Below are positions 13,279-25,310 of a stretch of 64,000 nt of DNA, piece after piece. Position numbers and translations under genes: made by a program. Where the stretch lies: positions 32,001 through 96,000 of the forward strand of contig CAWHXP010000012.1 of assembly GCA_963833425.1 (NCBI GenBank). Reading direction: 5' to 3'. This stretch comes from an uncultured Methanosarcinaceae archaeon. GTDB lineage: Archaea; Halobacteriota; Methanosarcinia; Methanosarcinales; Methanosarcinaceae. The notes beneath the pieces are model-generated. The model was given only the letters and a program-made list of their open reading frames with translations. It ran no database searches and was not told the DNA's origin. Position 1 is the stretch's first letter, and each line of letters starts with the position of its first letter.

Positions 13279-13586
13279 AACTTTGAATTTTGTCTCGGCT
13301 CTGGTAGAAGGCTTTTTGTTAGGAGCAATTTTCTTCGCCGGCCTTTGGTGGACTGTTCAGGAGGGGCCTTCGTCCAACAGACCTGCACTTCGGTTCCTCG
13401 GCAGCCTATTGCTACGGACTAGCTGCCTCAGTAGCTGGATTTTATTTTGTTTCAGGTGGCCATTGGGAAAGGTTGTTGATGTGCCTACTTGGGTTCTTTA
13501 TTGTGCGTTATATTGTAATGAGACTCATCAGACTTCCGGAGAAAGAATCGAATCAATTGACAAAGGAGGCAAATCATGCGACTTAG
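13271..13586 (+). pseudogene. atpR: N-ATPase AtpR subunit, frameshifted
   Basis: LLGAIFFAGLWWTV..SLLLRTS, then continues in another frame as VAGFYFVSGGHWERLLMCLLGF..EANHAT*. Confidence 0.8.
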
Positions 13587-14265
13587 TCCTGATGAGTTGA
13601 TTTTTTGGCAGTATGGTTTTATCAAACTCAACGCCACTATTGTGTACACATGGGGACTGATGCTCATAATGATAGTCGGTTCAAAAATAATTACACGAAA
13701 ACTTTCCACTGGTCTGAAGCGTTCCATTTGGCAGAATTTTCTAGAAATCATTGTCACGACAATTTTGAGTCAAATTGAGGAAGTAGGGTTGAGTCAGCCG
13801 CGGAAATATCTTGGCTTTCTGGGCACACTATTTCTGTTCCTAGCCGTAGCCACTTTATGCACTATTATTCCTGGCTATGAGCCCCCGACAGGATCGTTAT
13901 CAACCACTGCGGCGCTCGCATTAAGTGTATTTGTGGCCGTGCCGATCTTTGGTATAGAAGAGCAGGGGGTTGGCGAATACCTCAGATCATACACGGAGCC
14001 GACATTGATCATGCTACCATTTAATATCATCAGTGAAATTTCCCGCACGCTAGCTCTGGCGATCCGTCTGTTTGGTAATATGATGAGTGGGACGATGATT
14101 ATTGCCATTTTATTGACCATTACGCCATTTTTCTTTCCTATTTTTATGACTGCTCTCGGTCTGCTCACTGGAATGGTGCAAGCGTACATCTTCAGTATCT
14201 TGGCCACAGTTTACATCGCTGCTGCCACGCGCACCCACAAAGCAAAGCCTGAAAATGGAGAATAA
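13576..14265 (+). CDS. atpB: N-ATPase subunit a
   Basis: MRLSPD..PPTGSLSTT..SRTLALAIRLFGNMMSG (essential Arg) ..QAYIF; intact. Confidence 0.93.
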   Translation: MRLSPDELIFWQYGFIKLNATIVYTWGLMLIMIVGSKIITRKLSTGLKRSIWQNFLEIIVTTILSQIEEVGLSQPRKYLGFLGTLFLFLAVATLCTIIPGYEPPTGSLSTTAALALSVFVAVPIFGIEEQGVGEYLRSYTEPTLIMLPFNIISEISRTLALAIRLFGNMMSGTMIIAILLTITPFFFPIFMTALGLLTGMVQAYIFSILATVYIAAATRTHKAKPENGE

Positions 14266-14298
14266 AAATTGGAGTTATATCAATAGAAGGGAATATTT

Positions 14299-14568
14299 AT
14301 GGATACTTATATGACTACAATTGCGGTGGCATCAATTGTCACTTCCGGCATCACGATCAGTATCGGAGTAATTGGACCAGCAATTAGCGAAGGGCGAGCT
14401 GTCGCGACAGCGCTGAGTTCACTGGCACAACAACCCGATGCTTCCACGACCATCACTCGGACTCTATTCGTGGGCTTGGCTATGATCGAGTCCTTGTCGA
14501 TTTATTGTTTCGTGGTCTCGATGATTCTTATCTTCGCCAATCCTTTCTGGAACCGCGCAATTGTCTAA
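14299..14568 (+). CDS. atpE: N-ATPase subunit c (Na+-type motif)
   Basis: GPAISEGRA..QQPDA..LFVGLAMIESLSIY..FANPF; Glu in helix 1 plus ES..Y in helix 2. Confidence 0.93.
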   Translation: MDTYMTTIAVASIVTSGITISIGVIGPAISEGRAVATALSSLAQQPDASTTITRTLFVGLAMIESLSIYCFVVSMILIFANPFWNRAIV

Positions 14569-14589
14569 GCAACAGAGGAAAGTCAGCTT

Positions 14590-15356
14590 ATGCTTATTGA
14601 TTGGTTCACCGTAATTGCGCAGATACTCAACTTCTTAATATTGGTGTGGTTGCTGAAGCACTTTCTTTACAAACCCATTCTCAATGCCATCGACGCGCGT
14701 GAGAAGAAAGTCGCAGATGAACTTGCGAATGCCGAATGCTAAAAAGACAGAAGCGCAAAGAGAGAAAGAAGATTTCAAGCGTAAGAACGAAGAGTTAGAC
14801 CAGCAACGTGCTGCGCTCTTGAGCAAGGCGAAGGATGAAGCAAAACCGAAAGCTTACACCTCATAGAAGAAGCACGTAAAGAAGCCTTTGATTTGAAGTC
14901 AAAGCAGCAAGAGGCATTAAGGAATGAAAAACAGAACTTAAATCAGGCAATAAGACATCGAGCTCAACAGGAAGTCTTTGCCATAGCGCGAAAAACACTA
15001 ATGGATCTGGCTGAAACGAGTTTGGAAGAGCGCACAGTTGAAGTGTTTTCTCGAAAGCTACACGAGCTAAAAGATGAGGAGAAGGAACAAATGGCTCAGA
15101 GCTTAGCGCATCGCCAAGATCGCTGCTCGTTCTCACTGCCTTCGATCTTCCACAGGAACAGCGTGATTTGATTAAAAAGACGATTAAAGAAACTCTTGGT
15201 ATAGAAATTCAAGCCAAATTCGAGACTGCACCAGACTTAGTAAGTGGTATTGAGTTAACCACAAATGGACTAAAAGTGGCTTGGAGCATAGCAGATTATC
15301 TCACATCACTGGAAAAAGATATCAATGAACTTCTGGAAAAGCAGCCTAAGAGTTAA
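14590..15356 (+). pseudogene. atpF: N-ATPase subunit b (b-delta fusion type), three or more frameshifts
   Basis: MLIDWFTVIAQILNFLILVWLLKHFLYKPIL..; C-terminal GIELTTNGLKVAWSIADYL in another frame. Confidence 0.88.
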
Positions 15357-15589
15357 GCAAAAGCCGAGCATTGAGTATAAACCTGCTGAACCTAAGTAGA
15401 AATCCGAACCTGAAAACCAAAGCCAGACTTTAACAACCTGATTGATCTAAGCTAGAAAAGAAGATGAGACCAAACAAAAATCTGAGATTAAAGAAGAATC
15501 TAGAAACAAAATCCGAGTCTATAACTAAGCAAGGAGTCAATACTTAGCCAAAGCTCACATGGAGAGTTACTAACATAATACCTAAAAAT

Positions 15590-17107
15590 TTGAAAGATGT
15601 TTTTGAGAATGCTTTCACTGAAATAAACGAGCTGCGTGGACTAATCACCCCTAAGCTCACTCTTCAGGAGGTCGGCACTATCACGACAGTTTCCACAGGT
15701 ATTGTCAATGTCTCCGGCCTTCATAGTGTGGGTTTTGAAGAAGTGGTGAAGTTTCCCAATGATGTATTTGGGATAGCATTTAACGTGGACGAAGAAGAAA
15801 TCGGCGTAGTTCTACTAGACGAATACTCACTTCTGCATGCAGGAGATAAAGTCGAACGCACTGGCCGGGTTATGGACTTGCCAGTAGACGAAAAATTGCT
15901 TGGGCGAGTCATCGATCCACTCGGTCGACCACTCGATGACAAAGAACCTGTGATCTCCAGCAAGCGCTTGCCTATTGAGCGCCCCAGCACGCCAATTATG
16001 GATCGTTCTCCTGTAAACATGCCTCTCCAGACCGGTATAAAAGTCATCGATACATTAATACCAATTGGACGAGGCCAGAGAGAGTTGATTATGGGTGACC
16101 GCCAGACTGGAAAAACTACAATTGCGATCGACACAATCCTTAACCAGCGCAACTACAATGTTCTGTGCGTTTATTGTGCCATCGGTCAGCGCGCATCAGC
16201 AGTTGCTAGGGTAGTAGCAACCTTGCGGGAAAAGGGAGCAATGGATTACACTGTTGTCGTCGTGACTGAAGGCAACGACCCACCAGGTTTAACCTATATT
16301 GCTCCTTACGCAGCGACCAGCATTGCAGAGTATTTTATGGAAGCTGGCCGAGACGTGCTGATTGTTTACGATGATTTAACCAATCATGCACGTGCCTATC
16401 GCGAACTCTCTCTCTTACTTCGCCGTCCTCCAGGACGTGAAGCATATCCTGGTGATATTTTTTATATTCACTCTCGTTTACTGGAGCGTGCTACACACCT
16501 ACTCAAAGAGCTTGGTGGTGGCTCACTGACTGCCCTTCCAATCATCGAAACCGAAGCGCAGAACATTTCTGCCTATATTCCAACCAATTTGATTTCAATT
16601 ACTGACGGGCAGATATACCTCTCCCCATCTCTTTTTGAATTGGGCGTGTCTGCCTGCAGTCGATGTCGGTAAATCGGTTTCGCGTGTAGGTGGTAAAGCA
16701 CAGCATGCTGCCTATCGCGGGGTGGCTGGAGATCTCAAGCTTGCCTATTCACAGTTTGAAGAACTCGAAGCATTTACCCGGTTTGGCGCTAGGCTAGAAG
16801 AAAACACCCTCAAGATTATCGAGCATGGAAAGCGAATTCGTGCACTTCTCAAGCAGCCAGAATTCTCTCCTGTATCCATGCCTGAACAAATCTTCATTCT
16901 ACTTGCGTTGAATGCAAAACTTTTTGATAACGTGCCGCTTGACCGGATGACAGATGCTGAACAGTTCTCTGCGAGAGGCGGTACAGAGATGTCTCTGCGG
17001 AAGTGCGCAAGTGGTTCGATACCAATGAAGAATTGAGCGACAAGGATCGTGAAATGATCCTCGAAATTACCTACAAAGCTCTAGAAATCTTCCAGCATAC
17101 TTCCTAA
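15590..17107 (+). pseudogene. atpA: N-ATPase alpha subunit, frameshifted near 16650 and 16965
   Basis: GDRQTGKT Walker [39 protein letters not shown] continues in the next frame. Confidence 0.93.
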
Positions 17108-17200
17108 TCCAAATTTAAACCGATAATTGAAAACTTAAGTAATAACAAGTAGGAAGCTACAACCGAAGTCAAATGCAAAACCTCAAAATAAGGAGAATGA

Positions 17201-18106
17201 ATGAGCGACACCATGGAGAGTCTGCGCCGAAATATCAACCGAGCAGGCGATCTTCAATCCGTAGTCCGCACAATGAAAGCTTTGGCAACCTCGAGCATAG
17301 GACAATACGAGAAATCAGTGAGCGCATTAGATGACTACTATCGCACCGTGGAGCTTGGGTTGAGCGTATGTTTTCTGGAAAATACACCAGAGATCTTTTC
17401 TTCACGACTAAAGAAGCAGGAAAAAGATATTGTGATTGGTGCGATTGTGTTTGGTTCAGATCAGGGACTTGTGGGCCAATTTAATGATGTAATAGCTGAT
17501 TACGCCGTCAAAATACTGTCAGGTTTGCCAGGCAAAGCTCATGTTTTAGCTGTCGGTGAGCGCGTTCATGCACGTCTGGTGGATACTAACCTGCAGATTA
17601 TGGGACTTTTTACAGTACCGAATTCTATCAAGGCCATTACCCCACTAATCGAGCAAATTCTCGTGGAGATCGAGACTAGTCCATAGCCAGGGTAAAGTTT
17701 CCGAAATCCATATATTCTACAACCTCCACAAATCAAGGACTTTATATGAACCAACTAGTCAATTACTATTACCGCTAGATCAGATCTGGAGGCGAACAAC
17801 TGGCTGAACTCCCCTGGCCAACTAAAAATTTACCCGAAATAATTGGTGATAGAGACATCAACTTTGCGAGCGCTAATTCGAGAATACCTTTTCGTCTCGC
17901 TCTTCAGGGCATGCGCCGAATCCCTTGCAAGTGAGAATGCGAGCCGTTTGGCAGCAATGCAACATGCCGACAAAAATATAGAGGAGATGCTAGAAGACCT
18001 CAATGGAAAATACTACCGTTTGCGACAAAATAGCATCGATGAGGAATTATTTGAAGTATTCTCCGGCTTTGAGGCGCTGTCCCATTCTCACAATTTTGTC
18101 AAGTAA
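17201..18106 (+). pseudogene. atpG: N-ATPase gamma subunit, frameshifted
   Basis: DLQSVVRTMKALA, GSDQGLVGQFN, then SENASRLAAMQ..RQNSIDEEL in a separate ORF. Confidence 0.9.
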
Positions 18107-19406
18107 AAAAATAATATTTATAAAAATTAATTCAAGACATAACTTAAAAATAATAACTATAATTTTGAATTTGCCTGAAATGTAAAATAGTTCTCGCCAG
18201 GGAAGGTAACATGCTAAATATAGGACAATGTTTTAATCTCTTTTTTGAGGACAAAATGCTACAACTTTGGCAAACTCGTATGCTCAACCAATAAGGCCCG
18301 AGATTCCGCAGGTTTTATGATGAAGCTATTTGGGACAACTTCTAGAGTTCACAAAGATGGGGATAAAAAGTGCCAATTTTTGTTGGTATAAAAAAGTATT
18401 TTCTACACTTTACATTATCCTCAAATCAAAGGAATTGCAAAAATTGGCAAGTTGATGTACTTTATCTGGGAATATATTTTTGGAGGTAGGCCTCGGATAG
18501 GACTCACTTATAACACACTACTTCTTAATAATAATGTTCTTTTTAGCAAATTTATTTCGAATGTTCTTACAAATACCAATTCGTTTAGTTGTACAAATTC
18601 ATCTGACACTAGCATTTTTTGGGGTATATTAGCAAACCTAATGACAAAATCACTAAGAATAAACTAAAAAAGGATCTTTGATATTTCGACTGTAGAATTC
18701 ATAATCACTTTTGAATTATGGCAATACGGATCTAATTTATAAAAACTCCTTGTGAAAATCACACAATATGCTGTGTATACATAAATTTTCTATCAAAGCT
18801 ATGCATTAATAAAAACGATAAAATCCTATTTTTTTGTGCCTCTTAAATCATAGCAATTTTACAGTCAACGAGACCAAAATATCTTTTGGATAGTTATTTG
18901 TTAAAATAATTATACAGATATAAATAACAGTATATCCACAAGATATAGAAATTACACTTAAAAAATGAGCTATATAGATAATAAATTTACAAAGTATAAA
19001 AGCTAATATCATTCTGTACGACATCTGAGCATTTTGTTCGAAATAAATTGGATACCGTTGATGTTCGCATCCTCAACAGTATCTACCTCTCCTATTCATC
19101 ATAAAGTTTGATTTCTATACTGATTAATTTTTGCAATGCTCAAACCATACACCAAGTTCAATAGTCTTGCGCTTGAGCATGCGTTATATATATACTAAAA
19201 AATAAGCTAATTATTATAAACAAAAAAAAAATCACGTTGTTAAATTATAAATGTAATTACATATTGAATAATCCCAAAATTTCTGAAAAAGAGTTGAAAT
19301 AATACCACTTTAATACTTTATTAAATGTGGGGGGGGCTGAAAGAATGATATACTTTAACATTAATTTTATTGCGTGTTTATGCACACGACTTAGGACTAT
19401 AAAGTA

Positions 19407-20472
19407 AGGATAAGTGAATTAGATGTATTGAAGGGGGTCGCAATACTACTAATAGTCATAGGACATGCGGTTGAATATAATTATAATATAACCAATTTTC
19501 ATCAAAACGTTATCTTTAACATTATTTACTTTTTCAGTATGCCATTTTTTATGATTATCAGCGGTTACTTAGCATGGAAGCATACTGACAATAAACCAAT
19601 GTCATATCTGAGACGAAAATTTATAAATTTTATTATCCCTTTCGCATCTGGTACGCCGTTTGCTACGGTCTTATTAGAGTCATGAACACCGTAAAACCAG
19701 GGCTTTACAGAGCAATGGAATAATCGATTACCTCATTCGTGCAGTGTTAAATCCAAGTAACGGATTGTGGCACTTATGGGTTCTATTCCTCAACTTTTGC
19801 ATATTATATGTAGCACTAAGATTCGAAAAACTAGTTAGGCCAATCCCATCCATGTTTCTATTCATGATCCTGTTTATAATCTATCACCAATGGATTATTT
19901 TGGATTGAACATAATTAGATGGCATTGGCCATTTTTTTTGCAGCAGGATACATTATAAATAGATATGCCAGGGATCTTAGTAGATTGAAATATTGCATAT
20001 GTATTATCTGTAATAATCGCGATAAAATCGTTCATTGTTTGGATCGGCAGGTCTAATGTTATACCAATAGCTCTTACGAATAAAATTTTTTCTTACCATA
20101 TAACTAATACGGGAATGATATCTCAGTTAATTGGATACGTTATCGGATTCGCATGGATAGGAATCACAATTTTATTGATCAAGACTTTGATAATTAAATC
20201 TTCAACACTTCATAGGACATTGTCATTGCTGGGCACCATTACTCTAGATCTCTACGTAAACATCTCTCTAATATTAATATTATTTGCGTAGTTTCCGATT
20301 AAGTATTTTAAACGATTTGATGAACTTGGTGTATATCTAAATTATACTAATGGCATGTACCTCGATTCTAATTTCTCTTGCAATTTCTTTCCTCATCCTA
20401 AGACGATTTGACATATTGGCTTTGTTATTCCTAGGTAAATACAATAGCAAAAAAAGACGGAAAATAGTATAG
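19407..20472 (+). pseudogene. Acyltransferase-3 (O-acetyltransferase) membrane protein, fragmented
   Basis: RISELDVLKGVAILLIVIGH..FSMPFFMIISGY; later LWHLWVLF and LSLLGTITLDLY fragments. Confidence 0.75.
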
Positions 20473-20600
20473 TGTTAAGTAACTTGACCATAGTAACAAA
20501 AACTCTTATCAAGTAACATCCTTTGATGCTTGCTAGGCTCATATTTTAGCTGAAATTGAAATTATACATAGGTTATGCTATAAAAACTGTGTATATCATA

Positions 20601-22561
20601 TTAGTTGATGTTTTTTGATTTTTCTGCTACCATGAGCCTAATAGTAAATTCCGTTTCATTATTCCTTTTCAGCTTAAGTTCTCCATTTAACTGATTTACC
20701 AGGTGGTTACCAACTGCATACCAAGACTGTTGGGATTTTCTAAATCGAGACTTTCAGGTATACCTATCCCATCATCTGAAACCTTCAAAATGAAACTGGT
20801 ACTCTTAAAACCTTTACATTTGCTTTCTTCTCTGCTATTTATGAGTTCTCCGTTGTCTTCTCTGTGTAGTTTAATATAAATTTTTCCTTCATCTCTTCCT
20901 GAAAATGCATGTTTAAGAGAGTTTGAAACTAATTCATTGACAATTATTCCAAAAGGAACTGCATCATCCATATTTAGAATGCATTTTTTTCCAGATCCAT
21001 GTGCAGGGAAATATTTTTATTATCTAGTTTGTAAGTCTGGAAAAGTGTTTCAACCAATTGTTGAATGTATGCCGATAAATCCAAAGTTTCGAATTTGTTA
21101 CTCTTATATAGTTCTTCATGAATAAGAGCCATAGATCTCACTCTATCTCGGCTTTCTCCGAAAGCTTCTAAAACTTCAAAATCTTTAACCCACTCTCGAT
21201 TTTTAAATTGATCAGCTTGAAGATCCAGTAAGGAAGAAATCACTTGTAAATTGTTCTTGATCCTATGATGCAGTTCTTTCTTTCTGGTTTTTTCAGCTTT
21301 CAATAGAGATTTTTCGCTCTCAATTCGCTGAGTAACATCTCTAGTAATAGCTGAGATAGCTACAAGCTCTCTAGACGCATCATAAATGGAGAAAGAGCCA
21401 TTGAAATATTATATTAACTTACCATCTTTTCTTAACCTTGAAGTTATATAGTGTAGGATCTTTTCTCCCAGCTTAACGTCTTCAATTAACTTCATTGTTT
21501 CACTTTTTAGATCATCCGGTGCGAGTATTGATACGCTTTTTCCGAGAATTTGTTCAGATGAATAATCATAAATCTGCTCTGCACCTTTATTCCAGGTAGT
21601 AATTTTACCATCAGGTGATAAAGTAAGGATAGCATCACTTGATGATTCCACAATATTCACTAAGTTTTGAATTTTCTCTTCAGTTTTTTTCTGCTCAGTA
21701 ACATCTTGAACTGTTGATCTCATTCGAATAGGGGTATCTTTCTTCTCAAAAGTAACTTCTCCCTCTGAATGAATTATGCGCTCTTTCCCATAAGCTGAAA
21801 TTATTTTATAATCAATTGCATAAGTCTTTTCTTTTAAAGCTTCTTTAGTGGCATTCTCAACATAATCTCTGTAGTAGGGATCTATACAATTTAAAAATTT
21901 ATCATGTTTTATGCCCACTTCTTGAGAATCAAACCCAAAAATACGATACATTTCATCAGACCAGGACATTTCATCAGTTACAAGATTCCAATCCCAATTT
22001 CCGACATGAGCTATCATTTGAGCTTTAGCAAGCCTTGTTTCGCTTTCCTTTAGCGATATATAAGCATCCTCAAGTTCCAATTACGCTTTCTAACTAATTC
22101 TTCTAAATGGTCAAGTGTTTCTTTCAACTTAGCGTTTACTTCGTTGGCTGTCTTTACTATGTAGTCAAATGTTTCTCTTAATTTAGCGTCTACTTCTTTA
22201 GCGGTCTCTACTATTTCGTGGTACTTCTTTTCGCTCTCCTGAAGTTTTCTTTCAAGTTCTTTCTGATCACCTATATCGAATCCATAAATGTTTACTTCTT
22301 TTTCTTCGGGGGTAGGATGAAATGTTACCAAGTATACTTTATTTCCCACTTTAACTTCCATTTTTTTTTCCGGTCTATTCTGGGAAATTACCTTTTGCAC
22401 GAAATCTTCGATATAAGAAGGCAATTTTTCTCCGACTCTCACGTTCCACTCATGTAATAAGGACTCATCCGCCACATTTGAGTAAAGAACAGTCCATCAG
22501 TTCCCAGACTGATAACAGGATTTAAACTGTTTGCCGTAAATCTCTCCAGCTTTATTTTCAT
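20601..22561 (-). pseudogene. PAS-domain sensor histidine kinase (HisKA_2), fragmented
   Basis: KELHHRIKNNLQVISSLL, NELVSNSLKHAF, DDGIGIP..SLGMQLV; PAS motifs IAHVGNWDW, WNKGAEQIY; about six pieces. Confidence 0.9.
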
Positions 22562-22941
22562 TTTATTCACTTTAGACACTTCTTTTTTGATGGTAGTATG
22601 CCTATATTTAATGAAGAATTAAATAAAATCACATTTTGACCGAAATAAAAGTGGTTATATTATTCGCCTATTTGGATTTTCTGAATGCCGCTTTCAGCAG
22701 CATGTATAAAAATGAAAATACTGTCAAGAAAAAAAAGTTAATTTAACAATGTCAAGTTAATAGAAATCAGTAAAAAAGAAAGATCTTTGCCCAGACTTGG
22801 TCATGCGATCCGTGGGAGTTAATAGTTATGCAAACAAAGTTTTCTTTCTTTCTAATTTTTATGGATGCATATGTTTTGCTATACAATATCTGTATTTATG
22901 AAAGCTAGATCTATGCATAATTGTATGTTTATAAACAGAAT

Positions 22942-23154
22942 TCATTCAGGTTCTTCAAAAAATGCAGGATATTCTTCTTTTAATAGCATGAGAAGCTCTT
23001 CATCTAATTTTGCATTGTAAAGTGTTTTCACCTTAGAAAGCTGGAAAAGCGATAAATTCTGAGTTCCTTCAAGGTTAGCTCCTGGAAGGTTAGCCTCTAC
23101 AAGATCAGCTCCTTGAAGATTAGCTCCTTGAAGATTTTTTCCTCTGTGAAACAT
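22942..23154 (-). pseudogene. Pentapeptide-repeat protein C-terminal relic
   Basis: (GANLQ/GADLV/EANLP/GANLE) repeats followed by QLSKVKTLYNAKLD. Confidence 0.7.
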
Positions 23155-23945
23155 CCATTTGTAATTATCGGCTTTGAACTAAAATAAACATTACTATACT
23201 AGGAAAATATCTTCTGTTCTTCAGGATTTAGTTTTTAAAAATGTATTTATTTATAGTTTGAGATTATAAAGCCCACATAAAATAATAATAGAGTAGATGG
23301 AATTAACAGTGAATAGGTTATATGGCGCTTAGACTGCTTTATGTCTTTGTAGCTTAAACTTAGATTTTAGACAGTTATATCTTATATTCTATGTCTTTTT
23401 TGTTCAACTGCATAAGTCCTAGAATGTTCTTATAAATCCAGATTGTCAAGTATTACATATACAAAATTTATATTGTTTTTTTGGACAAATTTCAATGTTA
23501 TTCATAAGTAAAGCGTTATTCTTATTCCTAGCTTGAATTCTTCTTGGATCTTAAATAGGTCCCAAAGAAACCAATAGACTGTAGTTCACCAGGACAACTA
23601 AGGATGTATTGGCTTAAACTCAATTCATGTACATGTTTTGTGCTAAAATCTCTGAATTCCCTAGATTTCATCCAGAATAAGAAACATTTCTGATCTATTA
23701 CTCATGGAGCTGATGGGACTCATAGAACATCTGGAGCTCATGGAACATTTGGAACAGTTCGAACTAATTAAAATAAAAAACGATCCTAAATGTGCAAGTT
23801 GGGGGAAAATAAATATATAGCTTTTGTAGATTAATTAAATTTCATAGACTTCATAGATCTTTAATAGGTATAATTAAAACTTCCAGGTATTTATGATCTT
23901 ATTTTTAAATTTGGTATCAAGACTTTATACAGAAATTAAAAGATA

Positions 23946-24172
23946 CATTAGTACTTATAAGTTGCAATTACCCGTATAGGGAAGGCGATTACTATAGACA
24001 AACCTGTATTAAATAAAATGAAGTATAAGGAGTTATATTGTGGCACTAGACATTATAAATAAATTTAAAAATGCATTAGTACTTATGTTTTGCGATCAAT
24101 CTATATTGTACAGGCAATTACTACAAACAACCTGCATTAAATATAATTAAATATAAGGAGCTATATATTATG
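23946..24172 (+). repeat. Diverged ~97-bp direct repeat (23946-24042 and 24074-24172), period 128
   Basis: Both copies run CATTAGTACTTAT..TTGC.AT..AGGC.ATTACTA..ACCTG.ATTAAATA..TATAAGGAG.TATAT..(G/A)TG. Confidence 0.8.
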
Positions 24173-24274
24173 GGAAAGCCAGATTCAAAAGTTTCACCTA
24201 AAGTAGATAACGTTAATGCAGAAAAAACAGCTAAACCGATCATAAAAACAGACTCTTCTTCTAAGGTTGTTTAA
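24170..24274 (+). CDS. Putative 34-aa small protein
   Basis: AAGGAG RBS, then ATG..MGKPDSKVSPKVDNVNAEKTAKPIIKTDSSSKVV*, then hairpin ATAATGTTAA..TTAACATTAT. Confidence 0.4.
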   Translation: MGKPDSKVSPKVDNVNAEKTAKPIIKTDSSSKVV

Positions 24275-24327
24275 AAATAATGTTAATTATTTTTTAACAT
24301 TATAACCCCATTATTTATAAATAATAT

Positions 24328-25180
24328 TGCGCAGTTGCAAAAAAATCCTTTCTAATGATACAATTGAATAAAAAAACCAAAGATAGTAACATGCTATCTA
24401 ATTCCCTTAAATGGAAGCATTATGAAGGGGAAATTATTCTATTAAATGTAAGATGGTACTTAAAATATGCATTAAGTTATAGAAATTTAAAGGAAATGAT
24501 GGCAGAAAGGGGAGTAAAAGTCTACCATACAACAATCATGAGATGGGTACATCAATATTCCCCTGAAATAGAAACGAAAATAAGAAGACATTTAAGACCA
24601 ACAAATGATTCGTGGAGAGTTGCTGAAACCTATATCAAAGTAAAAGGTAAATGGAAATATTTTTACCGAGCAGTTGACTCAAATGGAGATACAATTGATT
24701 TCATGTTAAGTTCAAAACGAAATAGAAAAGCGGCGAAGAGATTCTTTAAGAAAGTTTTGAGTTCTAATCATAATCAAATTCCAAGAGTAATAACCGTTGA
24801 TAAGAATCCAGCTTATCCATCTGCTATAGATAAACTAAAAATTGATAAAATACTACCTAAAAACATAGGCATTCGACAAATCAAGTATTTGAATAACATT
24901 ATAGAACAAGATCACAGATTTATAAAGCGAATCGTTAATCCAATGTTAGGATTTCAGTCTTTTCGATCTGCTAATAAGACTTTAAAAGGAATTGAAGCTA
25001 TAAATATGATCAAAAAAGGACAAGTAATCGATCTAAATTACTCTGTTCTTAATGAAGTCAAATACATTAATCAATTATTTGGTATAGCTTTATAATATTA
25101 GTACATTTTCCTTTAATATTTTGATTTTTATTAATTACTTATAGATTTACATATTTTTTTGAAGTTTTTGCAACGGAACC
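24328..25180 (+). mobile_element. IS6-family element
   Basis: Right IR TTTTTGCAACGGAACC is canonical; left IR TGCGCAGTTGCAAAAA is degenerate; contains the transposase ORF. Confidence 0.9.
24355..25095 (+). CDS. IS6 transposase, full-length but first catalytic Asp replaced
   Basis: VRWYL.Y.LSYR..E, SWRVAETY (consensus SWRVDETY), TVDKNPAY, NNIIEQDHR. Confidence 0.9.
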   Translation: MIQLNKKTKDSNMLSNSLKWKHYEGEIILLNVRWYLKYALSYRNLKEMMAERGVKVYHTTIMRWVHQYSPEIETKIRRHLRPTNDSWRVAETYIKVKGKWKYFYRAVDSNGDTIDFMLSSKRNRKAAKRFFKKVLSSNHNQIPRVITVDKNPAYPSAIDKLKIDKILPKNIGIRQIKYLNNIIEQDHRFIKRIVNPMLGFQSFRSANKTLKGIEAINMIKKGQVIDLNYSVLNEVKYINQLFGIAL

Positions 25181-25310
25181 ATCCCTGGAGATTAAAAAGT
25201 CTCTAATCTCAAGTATCTGTTTCAAGTGTATTTTATATTGTAAAGTTACACTAGGTCACAAAACTTTTCAGATAGGTCCTTAATCGACTTCAACTCCTAC
25301 ATATAACTTA

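Noticed and set aside
15357..15589. Extra gene between atpF and atpA
   Set aside because: Lys/Glu/Pro-rich decayed sequence with stops, best explained as a former low-complexity AtpF tail
23700..23765. Short 9-bp periodic tract that could encode Gly-X-X repeats
   Set aside because: Only about six degenerate units and no ORF context
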